Source: Heptranchias perlo (taxonomy: Eukaryota). From it: 64,000 nt of DNA. The translations under genes and the position numbers were made by a program. The notes under the pieces were generated by a model. That model saw nothing but the letters and a program-made list of their open reading frames with translations, ran no database searches and was not told the DNA's origin. Each line of letters opens with the position of its first letter. The stretch's first letter is position 1. This document shows, piece after piece, positions 26,125 to 40,428 of this stretch. The DNA is taken from assembly GCF_035084215.1 (NCBI RefSeq), contig NC_090340.1, forward strand, positions 4,712,001 through 4,776,000, read 5' to 3'.

Positions 26125-29100
26125 GAAACATAAGAACATAGGAACAGGAGTAGGCCATTCAGCCCCTCATGCCTGCTCCGCCATTTGATAATATCATGGC
26201 TGACATGTGATCTAACTCCATGCAGCAGCCTTTGGCCCATATCCCTTAATACCGTTGGTTGCCAAAAAGCTATGTATCTCAGATTTAAATTCAGCAATTG
26301 AGCTAACATCAATTGCCATTTGCGGAAGAGAGTTCCACACTTTTACCACCCTTTATGTGCAGAAAAATTTTCTATTCTCGCTCCTGAAAGGTCTGGCTCT
26401 AATTTTTAGACTGTGCTCCCTACTCCTAGAATCCCCAACCAGCGGAAATAGTTTCTCTCCATCCACCCTATCTGTTCAGCTTAATATCTTATAAACTTCG
26501 ATCAGATCACTGCTTAACCTTCGAAACTCGAGAGAATACAACCCCAATTTGTGTAATCTCTCCTCGTAACTTAACCCTTGAATTCCGGGTATCATTCTTG
26601 AAAACCTACGCTGTGTTCCCTCCAAAGCCAATATGTCCTTCCGAAGGTGCGGTGCCCAGAACTGCTCACAGTACTCCAGGTGTGGTCTCACCAGGGTTTT
26701 GTACAGCTGCAGCATAACTTCTGCCCCCTTGTACTCGAGTCCTCCAGATCTAAAGGCCAGCATTCCATTAGCCTTATTGATTATTGTCTGCACCTGTTCA
26801 TGACACTTCAATGATTTATGTACCTGTACCCCTAGGTCCCTTTGGACATCCACTGTTTTTAACTTTATAGCATTGAGAAATTACCCTGTTCTATCCTTTT
26901 TTGATCCAAAGTTGATGAACTCACATTTGTCTATATTGAATTCCATTTGCCACAGTTTTGCCCATTCACCTAATCTATCAATATCGCTTTGTAATTTTAT
27001 GTTTTCATCTACACTGCTTGCAATGCCACCAATCTTTGTGTCATTGGCAAACTTGAATATGAGACTTTCTCTGCCTTCATCTAAGTGGTTAATAAATATT
27101 GTGAACAATTGAGGCCCCAAGACTGATAACTGCGGGACTCCACTAATCATATCCTGCCAATGAGGGAAACCACCCATTATCCCTACACTCTGTCGCCTTT
27201 CGCTCAGCCAAATTCCTAACCAAGTCCGAACATTCCCCTCGATTCCATGGGCTTCTATTATGGCTAACATTCTCTTATGTGGGACTTTATCAAACGCCTT
27301 CTGGAAGTCCATATAAATAACATCCATTTACATTCCCCTGTCCACTACTTCAGTGACCTCTTCAATAAAATCAATCAGGTTTGTCAGGCACGACCTACCT
27401 TTCACAAATCCATGCTGGCTCTCTCTGATTAACTGAAAATTCTCGAGGTTTTCAGTCACTCTATCCTTAATTATAGACTCCAGCATTTTCCCCAAAGGAG
27501 ATGTTAAGCGAACTGATCTACAATTCCCTGTTTTCTCTTTCTCTCCTTTCTTAAAAAGCGGAGTGACATGTGCAATTTTCCAATCTAGAGGGACAGCTCC
27601 TGAATCTACAGAACTTTGAACGATTAAGGCATCTGCAATGTGCTCACCTCCTTCCTTTAAAACCGTGGAATGGAAACCACCTGGTCCGGGGGAATTGTCA
27701 CACTTTAGTGCTATTATTTTCTTCATTAATGTTGCTTTACTTATGTTAATTTTATCGAGTCCCTGTCCCCGATTCATCATTAGTTTTCTTGGGATTTACG
27801 GCATGCTAGCCTCTTTTTCTGCTCTAAATACTGATGCAAAGTAATTATTCAACATGTCTGCCGTTTCCCCATTGTCGATGACAATATCCCCACTTTCAGT
27901 TTTTAAGGGGCCAACACTGCTCCTGACCACCCTCTTTTTCCAAATGTAACTATAAAAGTTCTTCGTATTGCTTTTGATATCCCTTGCAAGTTTCTTTTCA
28001 TACTCTCTTTTTGTAGCTCTTACTATCGGTTTTGTGACCCTTTCTTGATCTTTGTATCTTTCCAATTCGCCAGGATCTGTGCCATTTTTTGTCTTTTTGT
28101 ATGCCCTTTAGTTATGTCTTATACTGTCCCTTACCTCTTTAGTTGTCCATGGCTTTTTTTTTGGTAAGTCGAGTCCTTGCCCCTCAGGGGTATGAAACGA
28201 TTCTGTATCACGTTAAATCGTTCTTTAATTATTTCCCACTGATCATCAGCCGTTTTACCCATTAACAGATTTGCCCAGTTTACTGTGGACAGTCTCTGTC
28301 TCATCCCATTGAAGTCGGCCTTTCCCAAGTCTGGAATCTTAGCAGCTGATTCACTTTTTTTCCCTTTCAAACACTACATTGAACTCGATCATGTTTTGAT
28401 CGCTATTGGATAGATGTTCGCGTCAGTCAAGCTGTTAAATTAATCTGATTCATTCCTCATTACTCAATCTAGTATGGCTTGTCCCCTTGTTGCCTCTAGG
28501 ACATACTGCTGTAGAAAACTCTCCCGGACACATTCAAGAAAATCACTACCTTTCTGACAGTTGTTAGTCTGCTTTCCCAATCTATGTGAAGGTTGAAGTA
28601 CCTCATTAAGACCACTATGCCTTTGTTACACGTTTGTCTAATCTGTGCATTTATATAATCTAGCACTTCAGAGCTGCTGTCAGGGGTCCTATACACAACT
28701 TCCACTATAGTCTTACATCCTTTCCTATTTCTCAATTCAACCCATAAGGTCTCTGTTGGCTGCTTACCTCTCGTTATATCCTCCTTTATCATTGAGGTGA
28801 TTTCATCTCTTATCATTAAGGCTAATCCTCCCCCTCTTCCATTTTCCTATTCTCTCCTGTAGACCTTATTATCCGGTATGTTTAGTTCCCAATCCTGACC
28901 ATCCTGCAGCCATGTCTCAGTAATAGCTATCATGTCATACCCTCCAATTTGAATTTGAACCTATAGTTCATTTAATTTATTCCCTATAGTCCGTGCATTT
29001 GTATATAGAACTCTTCGTTGGGCCACACACCCTAGCCTGAATTTCAGCTTTGATGTTGGGTTAATCACCTTACGCCTTCTAGTTTTCACTTTATCTGTTG

Positions 29101-29603
29101 TGTCTAAAGTGCATATTCTTTCTGCTGCTCTATGGCTTTCCCTTTCACTTGTTCTTAAACAATTGTTTGTACGATTTTATTGTAAATTTCCCCCGGGTCT
29201 TCCCCTCTCTTGCTGCTCTCAACTTTACTCTCTTCTGACTCCCCGCTCACGTTCCCATCCCCATGCCACTCTCGTTTAAACCTTCCCCAACAGTACGAGC
29301 AAACAGCCCCGCTAGGACATTTGTCCCAGTCCGACACGGGTGTAACTCGTCCAGCTTGTACTGGCCCCACCTTCCCCAGAACCGGTCCCAATGTCCCAGG
29401 AATCTAAACCCCTTCCTCCTACACCATCCCTGCAGCCACGCATTCATCCGGTCTATTCTCCTGTTCCGAGACTCACTCGCACGTGGCACTGGTAATAATC
29501 CTGAGATCACTACCTGTGAAGTCCTGCTTTTTAATTTATCTCCTAACTCCTTAAATTCATCTTGCAGGACCTCATCCCATTTTTTAGCTATGTCGTTGGT
29601 ACC
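26125..29603 (-). mobile_element. Long family A CR1 (3' half of ORF1 plus ORF2), multiple stops
   Basis: Tiled ORFs: SGNH ORF1 end, EN (AITETW near 28915, YRTP), RT (QHGF, DFQKAFDKV, FANDTK), 3' tail at 26125. Confidence 0.92.
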
Positions 29604-30214
29604 GAAACGGCTTTCAGCCAAAATTGCCGGCTCTCTCAGCGTAGCGCAATGGACTGAGAGGCGCCGTCGTCTCCCTGTAATCTCTGTGTATAGAGATAAA
29701 GTGAATGGATTCATGTGGGTGGTAGTGTGACGTAAATGAGAAAGATAACAGTCAACGAGGGGAGAGCGATAGAAGTGCAGGCGGAGAAAGTGATAGCAAA
29801 AAATAGAGGGAGAGAACGAAGTGATGACGGAGATTACTGCCCAATTGAAGCAAAGAAAAGAAACGAAGTATATCGAATTGACAACTTCATCACCTGGACT
29901 AAGGAAGCACAAAAAAGTTTGGATACAGGATGAGGAATTGAGTCTGATTCGCGGACTAAGGCGTGACTCATTCGCTACTTCTGACACCAATGGGATCGCA
30001 ATTATCACTTGGCTCCTCCGAAGGCTCAAAAATGTGGTCCCGAATAGCAGCAGGGCTGCCACAGCTTTATTAGGATCACCGCAATATAGAATCATAGAGC
30101 ATAGAAGGAGGCCTTTCGGCCCATCGTGCCTGAGCTGGTTCTGAAATAGCGAACCATTCGGAGCCACTCCCCCATTCTTTCTCCATAACCCTGCAATATT
30201 TTCCATTAAAATAC

Positions 30215-31345
30215 TTTTTTTTCGTTCATGGTATGCGGGCGTTGCTGGCAAGGCCAACATTTATTCCCCATCCCGAATTGCCTTTGAGAAGGTTGTCATG
30301 AGCCAGATTCTGGAATTCTGCATTCCGTGCAGTGAAGGTTCTCCCACAGTGCTGGAAGATTGGGAATTCCGGGAGTTTGATCCATCGACGATGAAGGAAC
30401 AGCAAATTATTTCTAAGTTGGGATGGTGTGTGACTTGGAGGGGAACGTGCAGGTGGTGTTGCTCCAATGTGCCTGCTGCCCTTATCCTTCTAGGTGGTAG
30501 AGGCTGCCGGTTTGGGAGGTGCTGTAGAAGAAGCCTTGGCGAGTTGCTGCAGTGCATCCTGTAGATGGTTCACACTGCAGCCACGGTGCGCCGGTGGTGA
30601 AGGGAGTGAATGTTTAGGGTGGTGGATGGGGTGCCAATCAAGCGGGCTGCATTGTCCTGGATGGTGTCGAGCATCTTGAGTGCTGTTGGAGCTGTACTCA
30701 TTCAGGCAAGTGCAGAGTATTCCATCACGCTCCTGACTTATCCCTTTTATATTATGGAGACGCTTTGGGGAGTAAGGAGGTGAGTCACTCGCTGCAGATT
30801 ACCCCGCCTCAGGCTTGCTGTTGTAGCCACAGTATTTATGTGGTTGGTCCAGTTAAGTTTCTCGTCAATGGTGACCCTCCGGATTTTGATGATGGTGGAT
30901 TCGGCGATAGTAATGCCATTGAATATCAAGGGGAAGTGGTTAGACTCTCTCTTGTTGGAGATGTTGATTGCCTGGCACTTGTCTGGCGCGAATGTGTCTT
31001 GCCACTTATCAGCCCAAGACTGGATGTTGCCCAGGTCTTGCTGCATGCGCGCATGGAATGCTTCATTATCTGAGGGGTTGCGAATGGAACTGGACAATGT
31101 GCATTCATCAGCGTACATCCCCACCTCTGGCCTTATGATGGAGGGAAGCTCATTGATGAAGCAGCTGAAGATGTTTTGGAATTGGACACTGCCCTGAGGA
31201 ACTCCTGCAGCAATGTCCTTGGGCTGAGATGATTGGCCTCCAACAACCACTAACATCGTTCTTTGTGCTAGGTATGACTCCAGCCACCGGAGCATTTTTC
31301 CCATTGATTCACATTGATTTCAATTTTACTAGGGCTCCTTCGTGC
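30215..31345 (-). mobile_element. Family B LINE, 5'-truncated
   Basis: ORF 30747..31304- GVPQGS...MYADE; tail at 30215. Confidence 0.88.
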
Positions 31346-31460
31346 CAAAATTGTTCCAACTAATTATCTATTGAAAGTTGGTTGTGCTCCCATCACCCTT
31401 TTTGACAGCATATTCCAGATCATAACAATTTGTTGCGCAAAACAAATCCTTCTCATCTCT

Positions 31461-31928
31461 TGTAAGAATGTATCGACCTGACAACAGCTCGTTATGGTAA
31501 TCATTTTTTATTTAAATAAGAGCAAGGATTAATACATGCACGCGCATAAGCAGGTAATTATCAATGAACAAGGAATCATATTACCCGGTTGTCCTCTGGA
31601 TAGTGATCGTCAACCGATCACTGCCTCGAACCCTGCCTTCTACCTTCATGCTCAGCTGCTTTACTCCTCGACAACTAAATGTTGATTTGTTCTGGAATTT
31701 CTGGAATAATAATTCTTAAACTCACCCCAGGTGCTTGATGTGGTTCGGGGACCGTCTGTCTGCTCGTGTCTTTTTTTGCATTTTCTTGGCTAGTCTCCAA
31801 TATTAGCACATTTTAGCAGACATAGGATGTCTTCCACGCACTATGCGGAATGGGTCTGACCTGTCTGCTAGTCCATGTTTTTCCACTGTCCTGGCAAAAC
31901 GCCAATATTAGCATATCCTTTTCTGACA
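31461..31928 (-). repeat. Putative 3' LTR of the ERV
   Basis: TG...CA ends with 7/8 terminal inverted repeat (TGTCAGAA...TTCTTACA on minus). AATAAA on minus at about 31507-31512. Lies directly downstream of env. Confidence 0.6.
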
Positions 31929-32049
31929 ACGACCTTAGAATGTGATTAATTGTTCTTGAAAACAATTTTAAATGCTTCATCTTTCTAATTTACAGCCTGC
32001 CCGTGGTGGAAAAATTCTGAGTCTCCGTTAGAAAAATGCCAACTGCTGG

Positions 32050-33850
32050 ATACACTCCCAACCAAAGAGTAACTTCCACCAATGGTGCTTCGTTCGGGTC
32101 TTAACTCGTTCAAGAACCTTCGCGATCTGTATTCCACCCTGATGGACATTTGTGGTAATTACCATAGCATCACTTTCTACTGTATGCAATAGTTTAATTA
32201 ACTCCTTATACTGTAAAAGTTATTGCACCAATGCCAGGCTCATTCCCAATACTACAAGTTCTCTGTGTCTGTACAAAGTATAATTTCCATGTCCCTGATG
32301 GCGTAGCCATTTTAATATCACATTCCCGCATCGTTGTAACATTGCAAATACATACATTATTCCAGTTCGGGAATTCTATGAACACTTCTTTAATAGTTAT
32401 GTTGGGACAAGTCGTACGTACATACATTCACCCCTTTCCTATTACACGACTTTAGTTTCTCTTCTCCCATCAGATTTAAGATCAAAATGACACTTGTTTC
32501 TCGTCCCTTCTTGGGTTTAAACAAGGATCACTATTCTCAAGTTTACTTCCTTCACAAACAAATCCAAGACCTCCTTCGTGTGTGCATGCCTCCACTGACA
32601 TAAATTCCCATCGTCCATCTGTCCCTTTAGTTGCGACTGAGCGAAGATCAGTTGGCATTACGAGTGTCGTATTTTGCTCTAATCTTAGACTTATTGTAGG
32701 ATAAATGGAGAGGCAGGTCGCATTGTTCAAATTTAGTACATACCCAACATCATATGGAAAGTTTACTATATGCCAACAATTCTGCCATTTATGTTCAAAC
32801 TCTGAAGAGGTATCCCATCTTATCTTTTTGCATCTTTGGGTATATCATTCTTTTGCCCCATCCCTTTTCATTCCCATGCCCACAGTTTGTAGCCACGCTT
32901 GGCCTATTATGTGGAAATTGCTAAGAATGCATTCTCCTGTTCCATCCCTCGTGCTTCCAGGAGGAACAAATGATATTTTTCATTCCCGTGATTCCAATAA
33001 AGGAACAGGTGCGCTTGCATCCACTCACCCATTGCCATTTTCTCCAAACAGGTTACCAGAGGTTTACCCATACCCCTTACTGAGTGACGTAATTTATTCG
33101 TCAATGTTTCCACATTCATACTATTCAAAACACCTACCGCAGCACCTGTTCCTCCAAATACTCTACCCAGAATATCACGTTGACAACATGTATGCGATTT
33201 TTAAGATTGATATGGCAGCGTAAGCAACCTATTATTCTAACCTGAATTTAGTATTTTAATGAAGGGGGCGCACTTCGGTTTTATTGAGGAGATATTAATT
33301 CATTTTTGGGATATTACTATTTTCTTCAGGATACTACTTGGATTCTCCATTGATCCTTGTGGCGTATTTGGTCCTACTACATATGGACACACCCATGTTA
33401 CATTTGGAGTCATTGTTGGTAAACGGGAAATTTCTCCGTAAAAAATGGACGGTCCATAATTAGTCCAAATCCCTCCCATTTCTGGTCTCATGCGGGTCTG
33501 ATTTCCACCTTTACACCACACTATTAAGTGCACTTGTTGTGTGTTGTTACACCATCCATAATCACATTTATACCAGGGCCACGAGGTAACCATTTATGCC
33601 TGGGAGCATTACCGAATCTATTTTGTACAATTTAAACTAAAGGCCAGAAACTTACCATGTGGATTCACTATCGTGATGTTGTAATTTGGCCCATTTAATT
33701 TATTTGGTCCTACTTGACTATATCGTACTTCTTTATTAAGGTCTTTATCGAGTTTTGCATATAAGGGGTTATTCCATGTTATAAAATGACATTTATAACC
33801 TACGGCTACCCAAATGTCAATCAATTGTCCACATATTTTCAAGTGTCATC
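32050..33850 (-). pseudogene. Env-like fusion glycoprotein relic
   Basis: Cys/Trp-rich SU-like fragments; QR|DILGRVFGGTGAAVGVLNSMNVETLTNKL fusion-peptide-like segment (about 33180-33090); Cys-rich ectodomain; membrane-proximal HHWWKLLFGW (about 32060-32090). Multiple frameshifts. Confidence 0.7.
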
Positions 33851-36587
33851 TCCCAACAATCTCGCATCGTTTACAGTAGCTATACCCTCGCACCAGTAGA
33901 CTGCTAAGCTATGGTGTTTGCAATTGTTGGGTCAAGGACCAGTCCAGAACCGATTGTGACTCTACCTGACGTCCGTTGCTTTTCTCCGAAGGCAGGGGCA
34001 TATTACCATGACAGGTCCAAATTATAAAGGTGTTTTGCACTTCGTTACCTCTCAACGTTATTCCACCTACCCCGGGTAAGCATCTTGTCTCTAAATGATG
34101 ATGATCGCCTGGGTGGTGTTGGTCTCAAAACTATGCGGTGCCACATTAGGCCAGAAGGACATATTGAGTCTCCCGTACCCAACCATGCGTCATAGGCCAT
34201 AGACTCATGAATAACCGTAACATCTTAATTCGTGCGGCTAACTTGCTCTCTGTAATGTAAAGCACAGTGTCAGATTATCGTACAGTTTTATCTACTGCTG
34301 CTATCGATTTGAGCTGGTTAATATGGTACAATTCAATTACCTTTTCATTTCCTTTTCCTGTATACTGTATTAAGTACAGATCCAGATTTGCTCTGTATAC
34401 TATGGGGAAGAGTCTTTTCCATTTACGCTCAAATACGTGTTCTCGTTTCGCATAATTCAGAACCATAACTAAATCTCCTACCTAATTCAGAGGGTTTTAC
34501 TTCTTTGTGGAAGTACATTTTAACCTGATTATTAGAAATCCCAATGTTACTTGCCGCAAGTCGGTTAGTTTCGTTTACATATTTCACCGTCTGAATTAAC
34601 AATTTCCTTCCGATCATTCCCAACAACAAGAGTTGCAGTGGGCACTAAAATGGGTCTTGGTATGAGTATTAGTCTACCCGTCATGGTGAGATACCTATAA
34701 TGGCAGGAGGGATTGATCGAATTTCTATAAGACACATAGGCAGCATGTTCATCCATTGAGTGAGGTGATCTGCACGAAACGTCTTTAACATAGTTTTTAA
34801 TGTCCGATTTGTTCTTTCGACCTCACGCGACGATTGTGGGCGATGTGAGATGTTCAGTTTGTGCTCTGTTTTCATGAGCTTTTGGAGTTCAGTAAAGATG
34901 TTGTCTGTGAAATGTGATCCTTGATCATTATCTATTATATCCGTACTCCGCACTTGCAGACCAACGCACTCAACAATATTCTAGCTGCAATAATAACGGT
35001 GTTGGTCTTACATGGTAATAATTCCATCCACTTTGTGAATTTCTAAATAATGACCAAACAATGCAAGCATCCTGAAGGCGCCTGGTATAAAGGACCAATG
35101 AAATGAATCTGTAAATGCGTCCAATGTCCTTCGGGTGACGGGGGTGGTGGGGGGTGGGGGGTGGGGGGGGGGTGGTTGCGTGTACCTCGAAGAAAAGCAC
35201 GATTGATGTGTAAGGCTGGAATGTGTTGTGGGCATACTAAACATCTCGCTGCACGGTGAATGAAATCCTCTTTGCATTCAGGCCACCGTGCAATTTTTTG
35301 GATTTAATGCGCTGTGGTCACTGCAGAAAAATGCACCCCCGGCATGACCTTGGAACATGTCAAAGAATCCTTCAGCCATAGTAGGGGGAATACACACAAT
35401 TGGGAAATATTTGGCCTTGGATTGATACACGAGTATCGCCAAGCGTGGTTTCGTGAGACCATGGTGTGGGTTGAGATAGTAGTTTATTTTCTTGGTGCCA
35501 AACCATGGTTTGCTCATTCAATGACTTGGACATTTGTAGGATGTGTTAGTCACACGGACTGCAGCGGTTCAAAAAGGTGGCTCATCACCACATTCTCAAG
35601 GGCAATTGGGGATGGGCAATAAATGCTGGCCTCGCCAGCGACACCCACATCCCATGAACGAATACAAAAAAAAACTTGACGGATATGACTAGCTATGGCA
35701 CAGATACGGCCATTGGAAAATGGACCAAAATGATACCCGGTGTGGGCGGCCTTTTCGGCAGCCTTGTTGGCTTGGCAATTACCGACTGAATGTTGATCGG
35801 TTCCTTTGGTGTGGGCCTTTACCTTACCTATGAAGCGCGACTGTCTTCTATCTCTTTATGCGTTCCACAACATTCTAAATACATCACCATGTACTCGCAA
35901 TTTTGTTTCAGATGTGTGGTAGCTATTCTTGCAATACGGAGGAAGTGACAAATATAGCAATGATAGTGCCGATTGATGTGCTGTTTTGCAGCACATCCTT
36001 TTCATCCGATCATAAAAGCAAATGGAAACATTCTAGTGCTGTCAAAAGCCAAAAAGTGCAATTTGCAGATTTTGTCGGTAAACTGCAGAATCGCTACTGC
36101 TCTTTACAGCCAATAACAAAATAAACCAGTCCTTCTCTCAGATAGAGCATGTCAATTCAATACTAAGCTCAGCTCATCCATTAGCTCCGGTTCGGTAACA
36201 AATGTGCAGCAACGGACTTCAGCCATCGCTGATACATTACTTGACACGCCTTCTGTGACCCAGGCAATGTCGTGGCTGATGAGGGTTATTGAGCAAAATG
36301 AAATATTCGCCATGGCTTTCTCAGGAGTTCCCGCCGATGTTTTGCCCGTATTGCGGCGGGAGTTGGGAGGAAACGCTGCCGAAATTCAAGGACAATTAAT
36401 TGACACCAACGCTGAAGAACGGCTTTTTCTGCTACACCAATTAACTATACAGGACCGTAATTTACAATAAATAACAAAAAGGTTTTATTTTACGTCTACG
36501 CACATTAACCCGATGTATGAGGCAAGTATTTCGTTAAATTTACATTGCTGATTCGTGTCAGTTGCTAACTTAGCCTTGGGACGATCC

Positions 36588-37590
36588 TAGAATCATAGAA
36601 TGAAAGAATCGTATTAGCACAGAAGGAGGCTATCCAGCCCATCGAGTCCTTGTCGTCTCTTTGTAAGAGCAAACCAGTTACTCCCATTAACGCGCTCTTC
36701 CCCTTCGCAATGCATTTTTTTCCCTTCATATATTTATCCATTCCGTTTGGGAAGCCACGATTGAAGCCGCTCCCAACATCCTTTCTGGCAATGAATTCCT
36801 GATCATAACTACTCCCTGCGTAAAAACGTTTTTCTTCAAGTCGGCTTTGGTTCTTTTGCCAATAACCTTAAATCTGTGACCTCTGGTTTGCGACACTTCC
36901 ACCAATGGGAACAGTTTATCTTTATTTACTTTATCTAAAACCTTCATGATGTTGAATACTTCTATCAAATCTACTCTCAACCTGCTCTGCTCCAAGGAGA
37001 ACAACCCCAGCTTCTCCAGTCTATCCACGTAACTGAAATCCCACGTCTCTGGAACCATTCCAGTTAATCTTTTATGCGCCCTCTCTGAGGGCTTCAAATC
37101 CTTCCTTAAGTCTGGTGCCCAGAATTGGACACAATTCTCCAGTTGTGGCCGAACCAGTGTTTTGATCATCATAACTTCCTTGCATTTCTACTCTGTGCCT
37201 CTATTTTGAAGCTCAGGTTCCCGTATGCTTTTTAAATCGCTTTCTCAACCTGCCCTGTCACTTTCAAAGATTTGTGCACATGTATCCCCAAGTATCTCTG
37301 TTTCTGCACCCACTTTAGAATGGTACCATTTAGTTTGTAGTGCATCCCCTCATTCTTCCTGGCAAAATGTATCACTTCGCACTTTTCTGCATTAAACTTC
37401 ATCTGCCATGTGTCTGCCAGCCTGTCTATTTCCTCTTGAAGTCTATTACTATCCTACTCTTTGTTTACTACACTTCCATGTTTTGTGTTATCTGCAAATT
37501 TTGAAATTGTGCCCTGTGCACCCAAGATCAAGATATTATAATATATCAAAAACGCAACGGTCCTATTCCCGACACTTGGGAACCTTCTTC
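36588..37590 (-). mobile_element. Family A CR1 3' fragment
   Basis: ORF 36726..37172- KTLVRPQLENCVQFW. Confidence 0.85.
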
Positions 37591-37929
37591 TTCGTGAGAC
37601 GGTCAACATTGCAATTTATCATTGACAGCGAATTGTAAATGGAAATTCTCCACGAAATGGTATTTAAATTTAAATGTTGCCCAGGGGAACCTGTTGATCC
37701 AATGGATAGAATTTTCACCAATGTTTCGCTGAAGATATTGCGGGAGTTCAGGAAACAGAAATTGCGATAAAGCTACGCATTTTCACGTTGGGTTATAGGC
37801 TAAAGGGGTAATTTCAACTTCTGGTGATAGCTTACACAGGTTAACACTGTTCTTCAACGGCGGACCAAGTAATTTTCGAGAAACAGTTTAAGTGACTCAA
37901 TTTGAGAAATCCGCACCTCAATTTTACTT

Positions 37930-39500
37930 CATAGGTACATCGAAACAATAATAGCCTATTTAGCCTCTCCAGTCTCTTCCAACATTCAATGAATTCATGG
38001 CAGATCTGTATCCTGACTCCATGCATCCTCTTTGGCTCTATAAACTTTAATACCCTTGGCTAGAAAAAAATTATCGATATCAGATTAAAATAATTTAAAA
38101 TATCTGCTGCGTTCTGTGCAAGAGAGTTCTACAATTCGACAACACATTGCGTGAAAAAGTGTTTCATAACTTCTCTCCTGAATGGCTTGTCTCTGATTTT
38201 AAGATGATGTCCCGATGCCCTGGACTCCCCCAACAGCAGAAAACATTTATCTCCATCTACCCTATCAACTTTTTCGAAATCATAAAAACTTGAATGAAAT
38301 CACTTAAACTTCTGTATTCCAGGGAATACAAGACTAATTTATGCAATCCCTCCTCCTAATCAAACACTTGGAGCACTGGCAACATTCTGGTGAATGTACA
38401 CCACACTCCTTCCAAGGCCAATATATCCTTTCTAAGTTGCAGTGCCCAGAACTGTACACAGTACTCCAGAGGTGGACTAGTAAGGACTTTGTATACCTGT
38501 AGCAATAATTCCTCACTGTTATATTCTAGCCTTCCAGTTATAAAGGCTAACATTCCATTCGCCTTTTTGATGTTTTTTTGTGCCTGGCTACGACATTTCA
38601 GTGATCTGTGTAAATGGGCCCCTAAATCTCTCTGGACCTCCACTGTTCCTAACTTTTCACGGTTTGAAAAACGCTTGGATCTCTCGTTTTTTGGTCGAAA
38701 ATAGATGAACTCACACATTCCTGCATTGAAATCCATACGCCACAGTTTTATCCACTAAGTTAAACTGTCAATGTTTCTTTGTAATTTTATGCTCCCGTCC
38801 ACACTATTTACTATGCCAACAATGTGTCATTGTGTCATCAGCAAACGTGGATATATTTATCTCAATTTTGTTATCAAAGTCATTGATAAATGCAGTGAAT
38901 AGTTGAGGCCGCAGCACAGATCATTGTGGGAAACCACCAGTCACTTCCTTCCAATTCGAGTACTTGGCATTATCCCTACACTCTATCTTCTACTGCCTAA
39001 CCAATCTCCTAACCAGGTCAATAATTCGTTTTCAATTCCATGAGCTTTCATGTGAGCTAACAGTCTTTTATGTGAAACCTTTTCAAATTCCTTCTGGAAG
39101 TCCATATAAACTACTTCCATACAAAGCCATGTCTCTACTACATTAGTCACTTCCTCAAAAAGTTCAACTAGGTTCCTTAGACATGAGCTACTCTTTACAA
39201 ATACATATTAGATCTCTCTAATCAGCTCAAATTTCTCTAAGTGCTTAGTCACCCTGTACTTAATTATAGATTACAATAACTTCCCCTCAACAGATGTTAG
39301 ACTAAGCGTTATATACTTCCCTGGTTTCTCTCTCACAGCTTTCTTAAATGATGGAATTACATTTGCAAATTTCCAATCGGAAGTCACAATTCTCGAATAG
39401 AGAGAGCTTTCGAAGATTATGGCCAAAGCATATGAATTTCATCACTTACTTTCTTTAAAACTCAGGCTTGAAAACCCTAAGGTCCTGGTGAGTTGTCCAA
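37930..39500 (-). mobile_element. Family A CR1 RT/3' fragment
   Basis: ORF 38356..38736- LEYCVQFW. Confidence 0.82.
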
Positions 39501-39544
39501 TAGTTCATTTAGTGCTCCAGAAATCCGATTAATATTATTATTTG

Positions 39545-40428
39545 TTTTATTCGTTCATGGGATGTGGGCGTCGCTGGCGAGGCCGGCGTTTATTGCCCAT
39601 CCCTAATTGACCTCGAGAAGGTAGTGGTGAGCCGCCTTCTCGAACCGCTGCAGTCCGTGTGGTGACGGTTCTCCCACAGTGCTGTTAGGAAGGGAGTTCC
39701 AGGAATTTGACCCAGCGACGATGAAGGAACGGCGATATATTTCCAAGTCGGGATGGTGTGTGACTTGGAGGGGAACGTGCAGGTGGTGTTGTTCCCATGT
39801 GCCTGCTGCTCTTGTCTTTCTAAGTGGTAGAGGTCGCGGGTTTGGAAGGTGCTGTCGAAGAAGCCTGGGGGAGTTGCTGCAGTGCATCTTGTGGATGGTA
39901 CAGACTGCAGCCACAGTGCGCCGGTGGTGAAGGGAGTGAAAGTTTAGGGTGGTGGAAGGGGGGCCAATCAAGCGGGCTGCATTATCTTGGATGGTGTCGA
40001 GTTTCTTGAGTGTTGTTGGAGCTGCACTCATCCAAGCAAGTGGAGAGTATTCCATCACACTCCTGACTTGTGCCTTGTAGATGGTGGAAAGGCTTTGGGG
40101 AGTCAGGAGGTGAGTCACTCGCCGCAGAATACCCAGCCTCTGACCTGCTCTCGTAGCCACAGTATTTATATGGCTGGTCCAGCTAAGTTTCTGGTCAATG
40201 GTGACCGCCAGGATTTTGATGGTGGGGGATTCGGCGATGGTAATGCCGTTGAATGTCAATGGAAGGTGGTTAGACTCTCTCTTGTTGGAGATAGCCATTG
40301 CCTGGCACTTATCTGGCGCGAATGTTACTTGCCACTTATGAGCCCAAGCCTGGATGTCGTCCAGGTCTTGATGCATGCGGGCTCGGAGTGCTTCATTATT
40401 TGAGGGGTTGCGAATGGAACTGAACACT
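39545..40428 (-). mobile_element. Family B LINE, 5'-truncated, young
   Basis: 274-aa open RT C-terminal frame 39603..40427; intact tail. Confidence 0.9.

Larger units (their letters stand above)
31461..35890 (-). mobile_element. Decayed endogenous retrovirus / env-bearing LTR element (RNase H-integrase-env-3' LTR), 5'-truncated
   Basis: Minus-strand relics: KVKAHTKG and GNCQANKAAEKAA (RNase H, about 35740-35830); CLVC (IN zinc finger, about 35235); QIHFIGPL...FTKW, DNDQGSHF, RPQSSREVERTNRTLK (IN core 34780-35115); env-like frames 32050-33850. Confidence 0.85.

Noticed and set aside
29247-30260. 337-aa ORF as a novel protein
   Set aside because: Chance read-through of LINE tails and unique DNA into a CR1 ORF1 C-terminus.
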